From positions 62,001-126,000 of the forward strand of contig BROI01000024.1 in the NCBI GenBank assembly GCA_027923505.1: a DNA stretch of 64,000 nucleotides, written 5' to 3'. How positions within the stretch are numbered: the stretch's first letter is position 1; the number at the start of each line of letters is the position of its first letter. This DNA is from Mayamaea pseudoterrestris. Lineage: Eukaryota. The position numbers and the translations under genes were made by a program. This document shows positions 33,889 to 47,562 of this stretch, in pieces. The notes below the pieces were generated by a model. It did not search any database and had not been told where the DNA came from. It saw only the letters and a list, made by a program, of their open reading frames with translations.

Positions 33889-35154
33889 TTAGGGAACGAC
33901 CCAGTGCAACACTAGCAACAATACACCCATGACGAAAATCGCCTTGGCCGTGTAGTGCTTCCCAGCCTTGACTGTCTCCTTGGCTTTAATCAACTCCTCT
34001 TGCCCCTTGTCCATATTCGTCTTGGCGTCGCTAGTGGTTTCGTAAATGTCTTGGACAAACTCTTGCTGCTCCGTCACGAGCGAAGCGAACTGACTCAGTA
34101 GCGTCGTAATATCAACCATGCGCTGCTCCACAAGCTGGACACTGTCCAAATCATGATTCACTGCGAGCAAAAGTGATTCCTGCTGAAGCGTCTCGGGCGA
34201 AAGGTAGTAGTTTGTGTTCGTCTCTGGCGGAACACTTACGTCTTGCCTCATGGTTGTAGACGTTTTTGACGCATAAGGAATGTTCATCCTTTCGTCAACA
34301 GGTAGTATTTCGGTGCTTCTTCTTGCTCGCTTGCTGAAAAGAACAGAGTCAGGACGCTGCCTGCGTCGGCCTACATCCTTGTACGTTTCTAAGAATCCAT
34401 GCTGCAGCAAATGGGCCGGTCTCGTTGGCTGGAAACATTGCTTCTGCTGCCTTTCGCGCGCAGTCATCGATGGAGATATTCCCAACGCATTGTCGAGATC
34501 ATCGTCCTCGTCGTCGTCATGTTGGTAAACTGCAGCATTCGGTGCCACGAGGCGACACTGCAAAGGGTTTTGCCACAAGGCAACCGCTGTTCGGGACCGC
34601 TGCTTTTGCAACAAAGCAAAGGGATCCGCCACATGTTCTCGGAGCAAAACCATTAGAATCTGCACAATGCCCATTTTATGCTGCTGCTGCGTATGGTTTT
34701 GTATAGTTTGAGTCATTTGTCGTAGAGATTCAATTTCGTTCGCCGTCGTTGGAATAAAGGACGTGACGGTGGATGCAATCAGCGAAGCTTCGTCATCAGG
34801 CATGGTGACGGATATGTAGTCCCACTTTTTCTTTTGTATCCATGCAGCCATTTCCAATACATTGTTTTGTACCTGCAGCGCCGTCTCTGTCCATGCATCG
34901 ACTGGCTTGTGAGTGTCACTCCCTGACGGAGGCAATGCATTTTCGATTGGCGGAACCAAATTTACAAACATGGTTCGACTGCGTTTCGCATCTGTTTTCG
35001 GTCGCTCTGAGGTATCGTCGTCATCTTCATCGCCTTCATCGTCTCTTAGCTCAAAGCCCATGGCATCAAGGTAGCATTTGCGCCACTCACGCTTTAAGTT
35101 CGTGCTGGCAGCAAAGCTGCAGGCTCCTGTTTCGAAATCTATGCAGCGAGCCAT
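33889..35154 (-). CDS. Qa-SNARE, syntaxin-18/SYP81-like
   Basis: C-terminal SNARE coil (VEQRMVDITTLLSQFASLVTEQQE...NMDKGQEELIKA) plus a tail-anchor TM. Confidence 0.75.
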   Translation of the reverse strand: MARCIDFETGACSFAASTNLKREWRKCYLDAMGFELRDDEGDEDDDDTSERPKTDAKRSRTMFVNLVPPIENALPPSGSDTHKPVDAWTETALQVQNNVLEMAAWIQKKKWDYISVTMPDDEASLIASTVTSFIPTTANEIESLRQMTQTIQNHTQQQHKMGIVQILMVLLREHVADPFALLQKQRSRTAVALWQNPLQCRLVAPNAAVYQHDDDEDDDLDNALGISPSMTARERQQKQCFQPTRPAHLLQHGFLETYKDVGRRRQRPDSVLFSKRARRSTEILPVDERMNIPYASKTSTTMRQDVSVPPETNTNYYLSPETLQQESLLLAVNHDLDSVQLVEQRMVDITTLLSQFASLVTEQQEFVQDIYETTSDAKTNMDKGQEELIKAKETVKAGKHYTAKAIFVMGVLLLVLHWVVP

Positions 35155-35638
35155 GCTACAGTTTCTCTTCGCTGGGTTGTCGTTCTAATAGCAATTTAAA
35201 TTGTTCAAGTGCTGCTCCACAGTAAATGATGACGAAGACAACTGTGGGTTGTGAATGGATGAAAACTGTCATGGTCGATCGAAAATCAGATGAGAACCGG
35301 TGTGACGCAGAGCTAAGGTTTCTACAAGCAGATATATATATGTTGTCCTTTTGGATTCGCTTTTACTCGCTTGCCAACTATCCTTTTGCCGTCATGTATC
35401 CTCTAGCCAAGGACAAATATAATCACTAATCTTTTTCATAGCAGTATGAATGCTTATTATTGTGCGACAGCGAAAGAGGAGCCGCCATCAAGGCAATTCA
35501 TCTGTTCGCAAGTACTGCAGTGGGTGGGCTCGAAGCTGTAAAACGCATTACAGTCTGTGCTAATATACAATTGTTATGCTTACTATACTAAACTAAATTA
35601 TGTGTTATAAAGAATCATGCGTGTGTCAGCGTATTATT

Positions 35639-38056
35639 CTACGAATCGTCTTGAATGTCCCACGCTTCAGTGGCAATAACGGGCGTTCGCATCACCACCG
35701 ACGATGGCACGACGACAAAGTCGTCCGCATCGACAGTCAGGAAATTTGCATCCGTATCTTCCACCACGACTTGGTAACGAGGGCGTCCAGCACGATGCCC
35801 GGCGAGAAGGCTTCGCGATTCCATCGGAGCAATCCTCATCCGTCGCGTCGACTCATCATAGTGCAGGACATAATAGTATTGCGTTGGTCCTCGCAATGGC
35901 TTTACGACTCGGTTATAAAAGTGCTCGCGGTTCCGGGGAAAGATTTTGGCTCGTTGCTTGAATAATTCGTTGCGGTTTATGCTAGTTGGCTTGCCATCGG
36001 CACGACCAAATCCAATGCTTCGCTCTTCAAAACTAACATCCCTACCCTGCTTGGGAGTCGTCGCAGGTGGGAACGTAGCTTTAGGTGTAGCTTTGCGGGA
36101 TTTAATAGAACGGGTGGACGACTTGCGCGGCGAGATGGAGCTGTGCTGCTGAGCGCTTGAAAGGTTGGGGACGGTGACAAACCGTCCACCATCACCTCGA
36201 GCGAAACCAGTTGGGCGAATGTTCTCGTCACAAAGCATTGCTGAAGTCTTTATTTGTCCTTGTGATTTACTGCGTCGAGCACGGCATGGCGACTGCGTAA
36301 CGCTCTGCGACGACTCTTTATTTGACGTGTCGTTTTTCGATCCAACCTCGAACCAAGTGTCAGGAAGAGTAATAGGAGTAGACACCGAAGTCGAGCCAGG
36401 AGGAATCAGGGGAAAATCATGGGATGGGACATCAGTCTTTTGACGTTTGATACTCTCATCCTTGGCATCAAACTTGCGCTTCGCCGACACATGCTTAGTC
36501 GATGCCTTGATATTCGACTTGTTCTTACTTCCTTTCGGACGGCCTCGGCCACGCTTTGGTGCTAGGCCATCAAGCAGCTCGCCATTTCCAGATGCAATGG
36601 AGCTGTTTCGTCGCTGCTTGGGTACAGGAGAAAAAGCAGCACCAAGTTGCTCCACGGTCGGCTTCATCGCAACTTCAAGAGACAGCATCGCTTTCAAAAA
36701 TTCATAACTGTTGGATTCAGCAATCGAACGACCGCAATTTAAGCAAGAGTCTATCTTGTTAGCGTCCGGAAGCTTGAGACACATCATGTACGAAGGACCG
36801 CCATGCAGCTCTAGACTTGTCTCTGATTCATTTGCGTGTGTCCAGTGGCGGTAGCCATGCGATAATCCCTTTGCATCAGGCAGATCATACTGGCAAATTG
36901 CTCCAACACGGATGAAACCAAAGCGTTCATAAAAGGTCTTCGATTGTTCAGTGCTTTGTAAAACGACATACTTGTATCGACCGGCCGCACGAATGCGGTC
37001 CATCGCCATTCGCAGCATGTATTCACCGCAAGCCAGTCCGCCGACGAGCGCAATCTCCGCAATGGTAGGAAAAACAATGCCCTCGTCATGAGGATCTCCG
37101 ACATGCTCCTCATTTTCCAACTCCCGCGCCATTGCGCCATCCGCATCGGCGAACTGGTTTGATTGATCAATCCCACTACTTTCGTGCGTCGAATCCCAAT
37201 GAAAATTATGAGTCCAAACAGTAAAATTCGTAAACAATACAAAGCCTTGTAACCATCCTCCTGACTTGTGGCGTAACTGATATCCGTACAATGGATCATC
37301 AATGTCAACGCGGTCGCGAATATAATCAGCAGACAGAGGAGGATAGAATGGCTTGTCGGAAGGCTCTTGTAAATGGTACCGGCGAATCGCCGCCGAAGTA
37401 CATACAGCCGTCATCTCTGAGACTGAATCCTCCCATTCGGCGCGAGTTTTAGGCACCCAAATTACACTCGTGTCTTCGGTAAAGGGTGAAAGAGCCGGTC
37501 CGTCGCAGCGATCGCAAGGCGGATAGTTTTCGTCCGCGCGTCTAGTCTTATTCACTGCCGCCAATTGAGACTGCGATTCGGCAAGCCACCAAAGCGGGTA
37601 GCGTTTCAAAAAGGCTGCATGGCGGCGTGCAGGAGGAACAAGCAGCATGTCATACCGGACTCGTGACTTGATCACGACAGTTTCTCGCTTCTTTTCGCGG
37701 GGAGATCGTCGCATCGAGGCCTTCAAAGGCTTTTCAACCTTCACTAGACTGCTGCCAATCTTGTCTGGTGTTTCTCGAGTGCAAGTTTCATTCTTGTGCA
37801 AAGCCATCATTGCAGTCACTGTTGCGTCGTTTGTGGGAAGGTTGGGCGCGTCGTTCTCCACGTTTGGAAGAGCCGCACCGGTATTAGGGGACGACAGACT
37901 TTCACGTCGAGCTTTGTGATCCACTGCCTTGAATCTGCTGGACAGCTCGTAATTCACCGCCATGGTGACTGAACGATTTGGTACATGTGAATTGAATGAA
38001 TTATAGCTTCTGTCCTCGGAAGGCGGCATTGCTTCATCGTATCTGATTAGTCCCAT
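35639..38056 (-). CDS. Uncharacterised nuclear protein with GNAT-like acetyltransferase domain and AT-hook
   Basis: AEIALVGGLACGEYMLRMAM...VVLQSTEQSKTFYERFGFIRVG (GNAT motifs A/B) and AT-hook KRGRGRPKGS. First ATG at 38056. Confidence 0.75.
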   Translation of the reverse strand: MGLIRYDEAMPPSEDRSYNSFNSHVPNRSVTMAVNYELSSRFKAVDHKARRESLSSPNTGAALPNVENDAPNLPTNDATVTAMMALHKNETCTRETPDKIGSSLVKVEKPLKASMRRSPREKKRETVVIKSRVRYDMLLVPPARRHAAFLKRYPLWWLAESQSQLAAVNKTRRADENYPPCDRCDGPALSPFTEDTSVIWVPKTRAEWEDSVSEMTAVCTSAAIRRYHLQEPSDKPFYPPLSADYIRDRVDIDDPLYGYQLRHKSGGWLQGFVLFTNFTVWTHNFHWDSTHESSGIDQSNQFADADGAMARELENEEHVGDPHDEGIVFPTIAEIALVGGLACGEYMLRMAMDRIRAAGRYKYVVLQSTEQSKTFYERFGFIRVGAICQYDLPDAKGLSHGYRHWTHANESETSLELHGGPSYMMCLKLPDANKIDSCLNCGRSIAESNSYEFLKAMLSLEVAMKPTVEQLGAAFSPVPKQRRNSSIASGNGELLDGLAPKRGRGRPKGSKNKSNIKASTKHVSAKRKFDAKDESIKRQKTDVPSHDFPLIPPGSTSVSTPITLPDTWFEVGSKNDTSNKESSQSVTQSPCRARRSKSQGQIKTSAMLCDENIRPTGFARGDGGRFVTVPNLSSAQQHSSISPRKSSTRSIKSRKATPKATFPPATTPKQGRDVSFEERSIGFGRADGKPTSINRNELFKQRAKIFPRNREHFYNRVVKPLRGPTQYYYVLHYDESTRRMRIAPMESRSLLAGHRAGRPRYQVVVEDTDANFLTVDADDFVVVPSSVVMRTPVIATEAWDIQDDS

Positions 38057-38413
38057 GGTCAGCTCCGAACCACAATGCTCGGAAGCTTTCGACCCGGCCA
38101 ACTCACGCGGAAGCGCGATTTCGCGGAGGGACTTCGAACAAGATTGACCGGCTGTCAACGCTTCAAGTACTTATGCCCCGCTCTTTAGGAATGGAAATGA
38201 TTGGCTGCCGGACACGTCATTATGATGTCATTGCGGTACAAGTTCAAGTTAAGCCAAATCTTAAATGACTCGTACTGGGACTCAATTTCTGCCGCGCCGC
38301 GTCACGCTTCCTTTCGCTTCCAGCTGGATGGTCACCACACGTTTGTGCACGTTTCTCGTTCCATTCGTCGTGCAGTTCTCCTTAGGCCTGGTCGTCTACA
38401 ATACTAATTGATT

Positions 38414-40640
<2,227 letters not shown>

Positions 40641-40872
40641 ACAGTACATATCCCATACTTCCGTCTCAAATAGTAGAATGTCCTAGATAGACCTTTTAAT
40701 TAAAGGTTGTTACTGGTGAGATCAAAGCTCATCGCTTATCGTTAACCATCTCTTCAGCATATTATGCTCTATTGGCGGCAGCGCATGTCGAACCACAACC
40801 GTTCTTCGAATCGTAAAGTGGCGTTCCAAAAATAAACTTCTTTATTCAAGATTGATTAATAACTACGGTAGA

Positions 40873-42297
40873 TTAAAGCTCATCGCCAGTTGTCACCGTC
40901 TCCTCAACGATTGGCTCCATTGGCGGCGGAGCATGATGTACCACAGCAATCTCCTCGGCCGGAAGGCGCACCGACAGCGGTAGCATTTGCAGCTGATACT
41001 GCAGCGTAAAGCCCACAATGAGTCCACAGAGCACGACAAACATGTCGGTACGCAAGTGCGACCATGCGTCATAGACAGTAAAAACTTTTGGAAAGGCCTT
41101 GGTAATGAAACTCTTGACAAAGCTAGTGCCCATGCTAACGACATCCTTGCCTTCCGACTCGTCCGGTGGTTTCCGGTCGGGTAGCTTGGCTCCCAGAATA
41201 ACTTTACCAACAAACTGACGAATCAATAGTGCGACAATGCAAAGCAATGGCGGAATCGTCAAGAGCTGGGCAAAGCCTGATATAATATTGCTTGCAAACG
41301 TCATTGGCATGAACAAGAGCTTGACGAACGACCGATGAATGAAAATGGCAACGCGAGCGAATCGATTAATGATAGTATCGGCCTGCGTAAGCATGTCCAA
41401 GTCAACGCCAAAGGGCCAGTCAATATTTTCCGCCTTGATTGGATCGTCATAATTGACTTTGGCGTCGCCAAACTCATCCTCCTGCAGCAATGCTTGCGTC
41501 TTTTCGTCAAGCGCCGCGCTTGCTCCCGTCCAACTACTCCACTTGTCAATCAACTTGTTGCTGTTTCGCTTCAAAATATGTAGTCCAACTTGACGCGGCG
41601 CCAGTTGCGTATGAACACTGGCCGTCAATACTGCATTCTGCTGCCAGCCAACGTCAAAGCCAGCCAGAAAGAGTAGCACCGTCGTGACAAAGTGCATCAA
41701 TATTGGAAGCAAGTGAACCTGCTTGCGGCGGCGAGCCATGACAGCGGAAACCTTTTCGTTTGGTACAATTGTTTCCAATGAGTCGGTTGTTGCATCTGCT
41801 TGATTCGTTTCGTCTTGACGCTCCTTCAACTTTTGTCGACGCATGCGCGCAACTCCCATGTACTTTTTCTGGTTGCGATTGGCGGTATGAATCGAGTCAT
41901 CATGCGCTGCATTCGACGGCTCGTCGAACGGAGTGGACTCTGGCTCCTCCAATCTAGTTTCGCCGTCGACGGAAACAAAGGCGTGGGCGCTGGCCGGTTC
42001 TGTAGCTGCAACGTGCGCCACTGGTTCCTCCTCCGCTGCTGCTACAGTAGCTTCAATTGGCGGCTGCTCGTCTAACTCTTCCTTGTCATGTTCCTTGACT
42101 TGCCCCTTTTTGAAGCGACGCTTGCGCATGGCGGCCAGTCGGGCCGATCCCGAAGGCTTGCTTATCGTTGGAGCTGCGTCGTCGCCGCCGTCCTTTTTGA
42201 CAGTTTCGCCAGTGACAAGGCCGAGGCGCTCGTCTGCCTCCTGCAGTATCTTGAGGCGGCGAGCTTCAGCCTCCTCGCGAGCCGTTTCTTCGTCCAT
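40873..42297 (-). CDS. Putative GET2/CAML-like ER membrane insertase subunit
   Basis: N-terminal AEARRLKILQEADERLGLVTG resembles the Get3-binding helix of GET2/CAML. It is followed by a disordered linker and several TM segments. Confidence 0.55.
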   Translation of the reverse strand: MDEETAREEAEARRLKILQEADERLGLVTGETVKKDGGDDAAPTISKPSGSARLAAMRKRRFKKGQVKEHDKEELDEQPPIEATVAAAEEEPVAHVAATEPASAHAFVSVDGETRLEEPESTPFDEPSNAAHDDSIHTANRNQKKYMGVARMRRQKLKERQDETNQADATTDSLETIVPNEKVSAVMARRRKQVHLLPILMHFVTTVLLFLAGFDVGWQQNAVLTASVHTQLAPRQVGLHILKRNSNKLIDKWSSWTGASAALDEKTQALLQEDEFGDAKVNYDDPIKAENIDWPFGVDLDMLTQADTIINRFARVAIFIHRSFVKLLFMPMTFASNIISGFAQLLTIPPLLCIVALLIRQFVGKVILGAKLPDRKPPDESEGKDVVSMGTSFVKSFITKAFPKVFTVYDAWSHLRTDMFVVLCGLIVGFTLQYQLQMLPLSVRLPAEEIAVVHHAPPPMEPIVEETVTTGDEL

Positions 42298-42667
42298 GAT
42301 GGTATATAGTAAGTCTCGATGTGTATTTATAGACTATGAAAGGCTTTCGAACGAACGAATGAGGGGACGCAACGAGCGAAGATCCAAGTAGTGTTGATCC
42401 GTCTGACCGTCATCAGTTTCACATCCGGGTCTGCGCATTGGCGCGGACGCGCGCGCCGCGCTGCAGCTTTGCTTCCACCATGATGCTCGAAGACCAAGAG
42501 AAAAGCTTCTTCCGAAAATCTTCTTAGACACGTCCTTGTACGGTTTCTTACCATCTTCGAAGGAATAGAAGCTATATTGAATCACCTCTGTTCTGATACT
42601 ACTCTTGTTTTGCTTCTGCTGAGCAATTAGAGCAGCAGCAGCACACTCTGCATAACAACGAAAACGA

Positions 42668-45530
42668 ATGAGCGACTTTGACGACTCGGACGATGACAGC
42701 TCTCGAGGAGCCATGCCTCCACCTCCAGAAGCAGCAACGCCTCGTCGAGGAGGTCGCATGGAAGACGAGTCGACTGCCGTTCCTCCTACGCCGCAAGTCA
42801 TGCGGCAAGCGGAAGAGTTTGGTACGCCGTTGACTCCACTGTCAGTGTTAGATCATGATCAAGATATAACTGCAGCAGCTACTTTAGATGAAGAAGATCC
42901 ACCAGCTGCAGCAGTGATAATCAATAATAACAATGGTCACATGGAGGAAAACGATACGCTACTTGATCAAGGTGAAGTCGCGCATATTCGCGGAACGGAT
43001 GTAAATGTTCCAACGGCGGCCGCTGCCTTTCAGCATTTTCTTCGCAACTTTGTTTCGCTGGAACATGCGCAGCGTCAACAACAACGACAAGAAAATGCTG
43101 CCGATGACGATAGTTCGGATGCACTGTCCGTCTTGTCGGATCAAGAGGATAATGATGATGCTGAAGCTCCACCTCCCCTGTACTTGACGAGGTTGCGCAA
43201 TTTGTTGACGCATGGATCCATGTTCATTGGCACATCCAGCAGCAACAATAATCACAATGCAGCAGCTGATCAGGAGCAACTACAACGCAACAATGATGCT
43301 ACTGGAACAACAGCAAGCCTTGAAATGGATACTATGCATTTATACTATCATAGTGTCGACTGCCAAAAGCTGTACCATCAACTCATTGCCTACCCCACGC
43401 ATTTGGTGCCACTCATGGATGTTTTGGTGCAGCGCGAGCTGGAAGCACTGGCGCAGCAGCACATGATTGAGGATGACCGCGTTTTGCCTCGTGTTCAAGT
43501 CCGTCCATTCAATCTAAAGACCCTATCCAACCTGCGCTGCCTTGACCCCGTCGCCATGGACACGCTCGTGAGCATCAAGGGCATGATTGTTCGGTCATCG
43601 CCCATTATACCTGATTTGAAGGTTGCTCACTTTGCCTGCGCCATTTGCGGAGACGTTGTCCAGTCAACCATTGACCGCGGCCGCATTGGCGAACCGCAGA
43701 ATCGGTGTCCACAGTGTCAAACCGCTCAATCCTATCAACTGGTACACAATCGCTCCATTTTTGCGGACAAGCAACTGGTTCGTATGCAGGAAACGCCGGA
43801 TGAAGTGCCAGCTGGACAAACGCCAGCGAGTGTAGCGACCTTTTGCTTTGACGACTTGGTGGATTCCGTCCAACCAGGTGATCGCATTGAAGCGACGGGA
43901 ATATTGCGGGCGCAGCCAGTGCGAGTGCATCCGAAATTGTCAAAGTGCAAGGCCATTTACAAGACGTATATTGATGTTATTCATTTTCGCAAGATTTCGG
44001 GTATTGATAGTGGACGAAGCAAGAAGGATGTTGACTTGTCCAAGCAGGGTGGCAAGGGACACTGGACTGCGGAGCGGATTCAGGAACTGGAAGATTTGTC
44101 CAAGGATCCGCAAATTTACGAAAAGCTGACACAGTCGCTCGCACCGTCTATTTGGGAAATGGACAATGTCAAAAAGGGAGTCTTGTGCATGCTCTTTGCT
44201 GGAAACAGCGTTCGCATCAAGCGAGGAACGGCGCAGCGGCAGCAGGATCAGGATGACAATGCTAGTCGCGACTCGTGGCTTGACGACGACGATGAGGAGG
44301 ATGCTTCGGGCAAACAGAAACTGCACAAGCGTGGCGACATTAACATTCTCATGGTGGGTGATCCTGGTACGAGCAAAAGTCAGCTGTTGGCATATGTCAA
44401 CAAGCTCAGTGCGCGAGGCGTTTACACCTCGGGCAAGGGATCGTCGGCTGTGGGCTTGACTGCGTCGGTGGTGCGCGACCCCGAGACGCGCGATTTGGTC
44501 TTGGAGAGTGGAGCACTTGTCTTGAGTGACCTTGGCATTTGCTGCATTGATGAGTTTGTAAGTTTGGAATAAATTTTGAAGGCGGCCCGGTTGTCACAAA
44601 CGACTACTCACGTTGTCTCGTACCGCCATACAGGACAAAATGACAGACACGACACGTTCTGTTTTGCACGAAGCAATGGAGCAACAGACGGTGTCAATTG
44701 CTAAAGCTGGTATCATTGCTACGCTTCACGCACGAACATCTGTTCTCGCCTCGGCCAACCCCAAGGAATCGCGCTACAATCCTTCCATGAGTGTTGTCGA
44801 GAACATTCAACTTCCGCCCACTCTACTGAGTCGATTCGACTTGATTTACCTCATTTTGGACAGTCCTGACGTTGATAGTGACCGTCGTCTGGCCCAACAT
44901 TTGGTTGGATTGTACTTCGAGACACCCAATGTTGTTGCTCCGCCTTTGGATCAGATTTTGTTACGAGACTACATTGAATATGCGAGAGAGCACATTCACC
45001 CCGAGATAAGTCCAGAAGCTTCGGAGCAGCTGATATCCAGCTACTTGGAGATGAGAAATCCAGCGGGAGCTGCACTCGGTGCGAATGGAACAAGAACCAT
45101 ATCCGCCACGCCTCGGCAGCTCGAATCGCTGATTCGACTCAGCGAAGGACTGGCAAAGATGCGATACAGCAAGGTTGTGACACGCGCCGATGCCTTGGAA
45201 GCGGTGCGGTTAATGAAGGTTGCGACACAGTCTGCCGCTACAGATCCTCGAACGGGTCGGATCGACATGGACATGATTGCAACAGGGCGAAGCTCGGCCG
45301 ATCGCGAGCAAGCAGCCCAAGTCAACATGTGCCTCAAGGAGCTCTTCGCCGAGCGTCGCGGAACTAGAATGGCTATCCGTGATGTATCAAAGCAGCTTAC
45401 GGAAGTTGCCAACGTAACAATTACGCACGACGAGCTTGTGGAACTACTTCGGCAGATGGAAGCTGATCATGTGATTCAGCTCAATGAACGTGCCCAAACT
45501 ATCTTTGTGCGCACAGGCATAGTTCGATAA
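42668..45530 (+). CDS. MCM4: DNA replication licensing factor MCM4; 2 exons
   Basis: Zn finger CAIC...CPQC, QETPDEVPAGQTP, Walker A GDPGTSKSQ, Walker B IDEFDKM (across intron 44558-44633), arginine finger SRFD. Confidence 0.96.
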
Positions 45531-45748
45531 AAGAAAGGATTTTAAGCCGTTGATAATCACTCGTATCGCTATTTTGGATAGTAAAAGCAGAATTCTTTAA
45601 GCACTTATACGGGTATAGCTTCGTCTACGTAGGTAGATAGCTTCATGAGGCGACGACGAAGCGGTCGATGTTGTGCATATAATTTGTCCGAGAACGTGTG
45701 ATGATTGCAAATGAGAATATCAAATAAGTTGGCCAACAATGTTTCCCA

Positions 45749-47038
45749 TCATAACTCTTCAATAGTGGCAATGATCAAGGCCTTTTCATCTCGAAACTGC
45801 GTATCTTGCCCTTCCCTCTCTTGATGCAGCGTTCGCAAATACTGGCACAGCTTCACCTTGTTGTCCTGTAATATCCGGATTACCTCCTCGGGCTTGTTTG
45901 GATTGGCGACAAAGACTTTGAAAACGTGAAAGGCGTCTAGTGTGATATGCGGCGACGTGTCGCGCAGCAACTTCATGATTAATATCAGATTGCTGCGCGA
46001 CGCCACGTAGCGAATCATGACCGAGTAGTTGGACCTTGTCAGCAGCACTGCCGACAATATTTGCAAGGCAACCCGTCGCACCATGTAGTTTGCCGACTCG
46101 TTGAGCAAGCGTGGACCAAAGCGGTGGCCAAAAGTTTCCTCGTAGTCACGCGTCAGAAACTCCGCCGCCAGTTCCGCCATGGCTCGTTTCGATTCCTCGT
46201 CCACGACAAGGTCTCCTCCAGCCGTAAAAACGAGTCGCAGACTCTCCATGGCGTCGCTTGACACGTCAAAGTTGGGTAGATGCACGTAGGTATCAAGAAA
46301 GGGATATACAAAGTCAAAGACCCGATTCATCGTTCCAACCAATTGCTGGTACAGTAATGGATGCCTCAGGCAGGATCGATACATGGAACCAAAGTGCAAG
46401 GCAATGTCGCTACCAGCATTATGACTTGATACAATAGTCTTCATGAATCGTTCGTAAAAGTGAGCGACAAAGTCACGCCAGTGACTCATGACTTGCGTGT
46501 AAATGTGCCTGTCATTGCCATCGAGGCCGCAAACAAGCAGGTAGTTGAAAATGGCAGCCACGTGCTTGCGACTCTCGAATGGAAGCAAAGGGAGCGACTC
46601 CAATAGATTTGGCATCAAATCTATCAGCGATTGACCTGTGAGACATTGCAAAGCCGATCCAGCCACTGCAGGTGAATAGCGACGAGTCTCCTGCATTTGC
46701 GAGGTGGTCTTGCGCTCATCGTAGAGCAAGACTCGCACTCGAGATAGTCGAGCGGCTAGAAATTTGGATGGATCGTCAATTTCCTCGTTTCCTGAAGAAT
46801 TATTGTTCGTTGGAGTCGGAGTCATTGCTGTTGCTCCTCCATTCATGGATGGTTGCGATTGCTGCTGCGGAATGGATGATGACGCAATGAGCGCTTCTAA
46901 ATTCGTCTGCACGCCCGTCAAGAGCTGCGACATGTCCTTGGACGTATCAATACTTTCAATACATCCTGTTCGGTTTTTGCCAAAGAATAAGCCGCCAGCA
47001 AGCCAGTCAAATGGCGTATTGGAGGAAGAGGCCGCCAT
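45749..47038 (-). CDS. MO25: MO25/CAB39 family scaffold protein
   Basis: LPFESRKHVAAIFNYLL, NFDVSSDA, NYMVRRVALQILS, DAFHVFKVFVANPNKP, QFRDEKALII. Confidence 0.92.
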   Translation of the reverse strand: MAASSSNTPFDWLAGGLFFGKNRTGCIESIDTSKDMSQLLTGVQTNLEALIASSSIPQQQSQPSMNGGATAMTPTPTNNNSSGNEEIDDPSKFLAARLSRVRVLLYDERKTTSQMQETRRYSPAVAGSALQCLTGQSLIDLMPNLLESLPLLPFESRKHVAAIFNYLLVCGLDGNDRHIYTQVMSHWRDFVAHFYERFMKTIVSSHNAGSDIALHFGSMYRSCLRHPLLYQQLVGTMNRVFDFVYPFLDTYVHLPNFDVSSDAMESLRLVFTAGGDLVVDEESKRAMAELAAEFLTRDYEETFGHRFGPRLLNESANYMVRRVALQILSAVLLTRSNYSVMIRYVASRSNLILIMKLLRDTSPHITLDAFHVFKVFVANPNKPEEVIRILQDNKVKLCQYLRTLHQEREGQDTQFRDEKALIIATIEEL

Positions 47039-47562
47039 GGTGAATTTTGCTTGTGCGCCAAGCGCACCCACGCTCTGAAATCCTGTAACCTTAAGTACTT
47101 TTAGATTTGGTTAGCTATCGTCACGAATCCAGAAGCAAGGTACTTGTGCCTTCTGGTGAATAGTCATGGATATCTGGACACATGCAACCATATCATACGT
47201 CAATATGTACATATATATACTTTAATGGACAAGTGTGATATGATCCATCCACCAAAAGTATCTTGATCCCTTGACCTATATGTAAATTCACAAGTAGCGT
47301 CGCCTCGACCTTGTCTTTGACTCATTGTTGCGTTCCTCGCCAAAAGTGACGTGGCGGGGCAGTGATGGCTTACCAAATACTCACTCACTATCACTGTCAT
47401 GACGGATTTGGCGAGAAATGCCCCATGAATGCACGACCCATCAAATATTACAATTCAACGGGTCCAACGCATCCTCCTTTCCGTTCCTTCTTTCTTCCAT
47501 CGTCGTCAAATTCATCATCGCCTAAGAAGTGAAAGACAAGTTCGACACATACTTGTGCAAGT

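Noticed and set aside
35226..35330. ATGATGA box C-like motif suggesting a C/D snoRNA
   Set aside because: No suitably placed box D (CTGA) or terminal stem was found. No tRNA or rRNA signature was recognised anywhere in the window.
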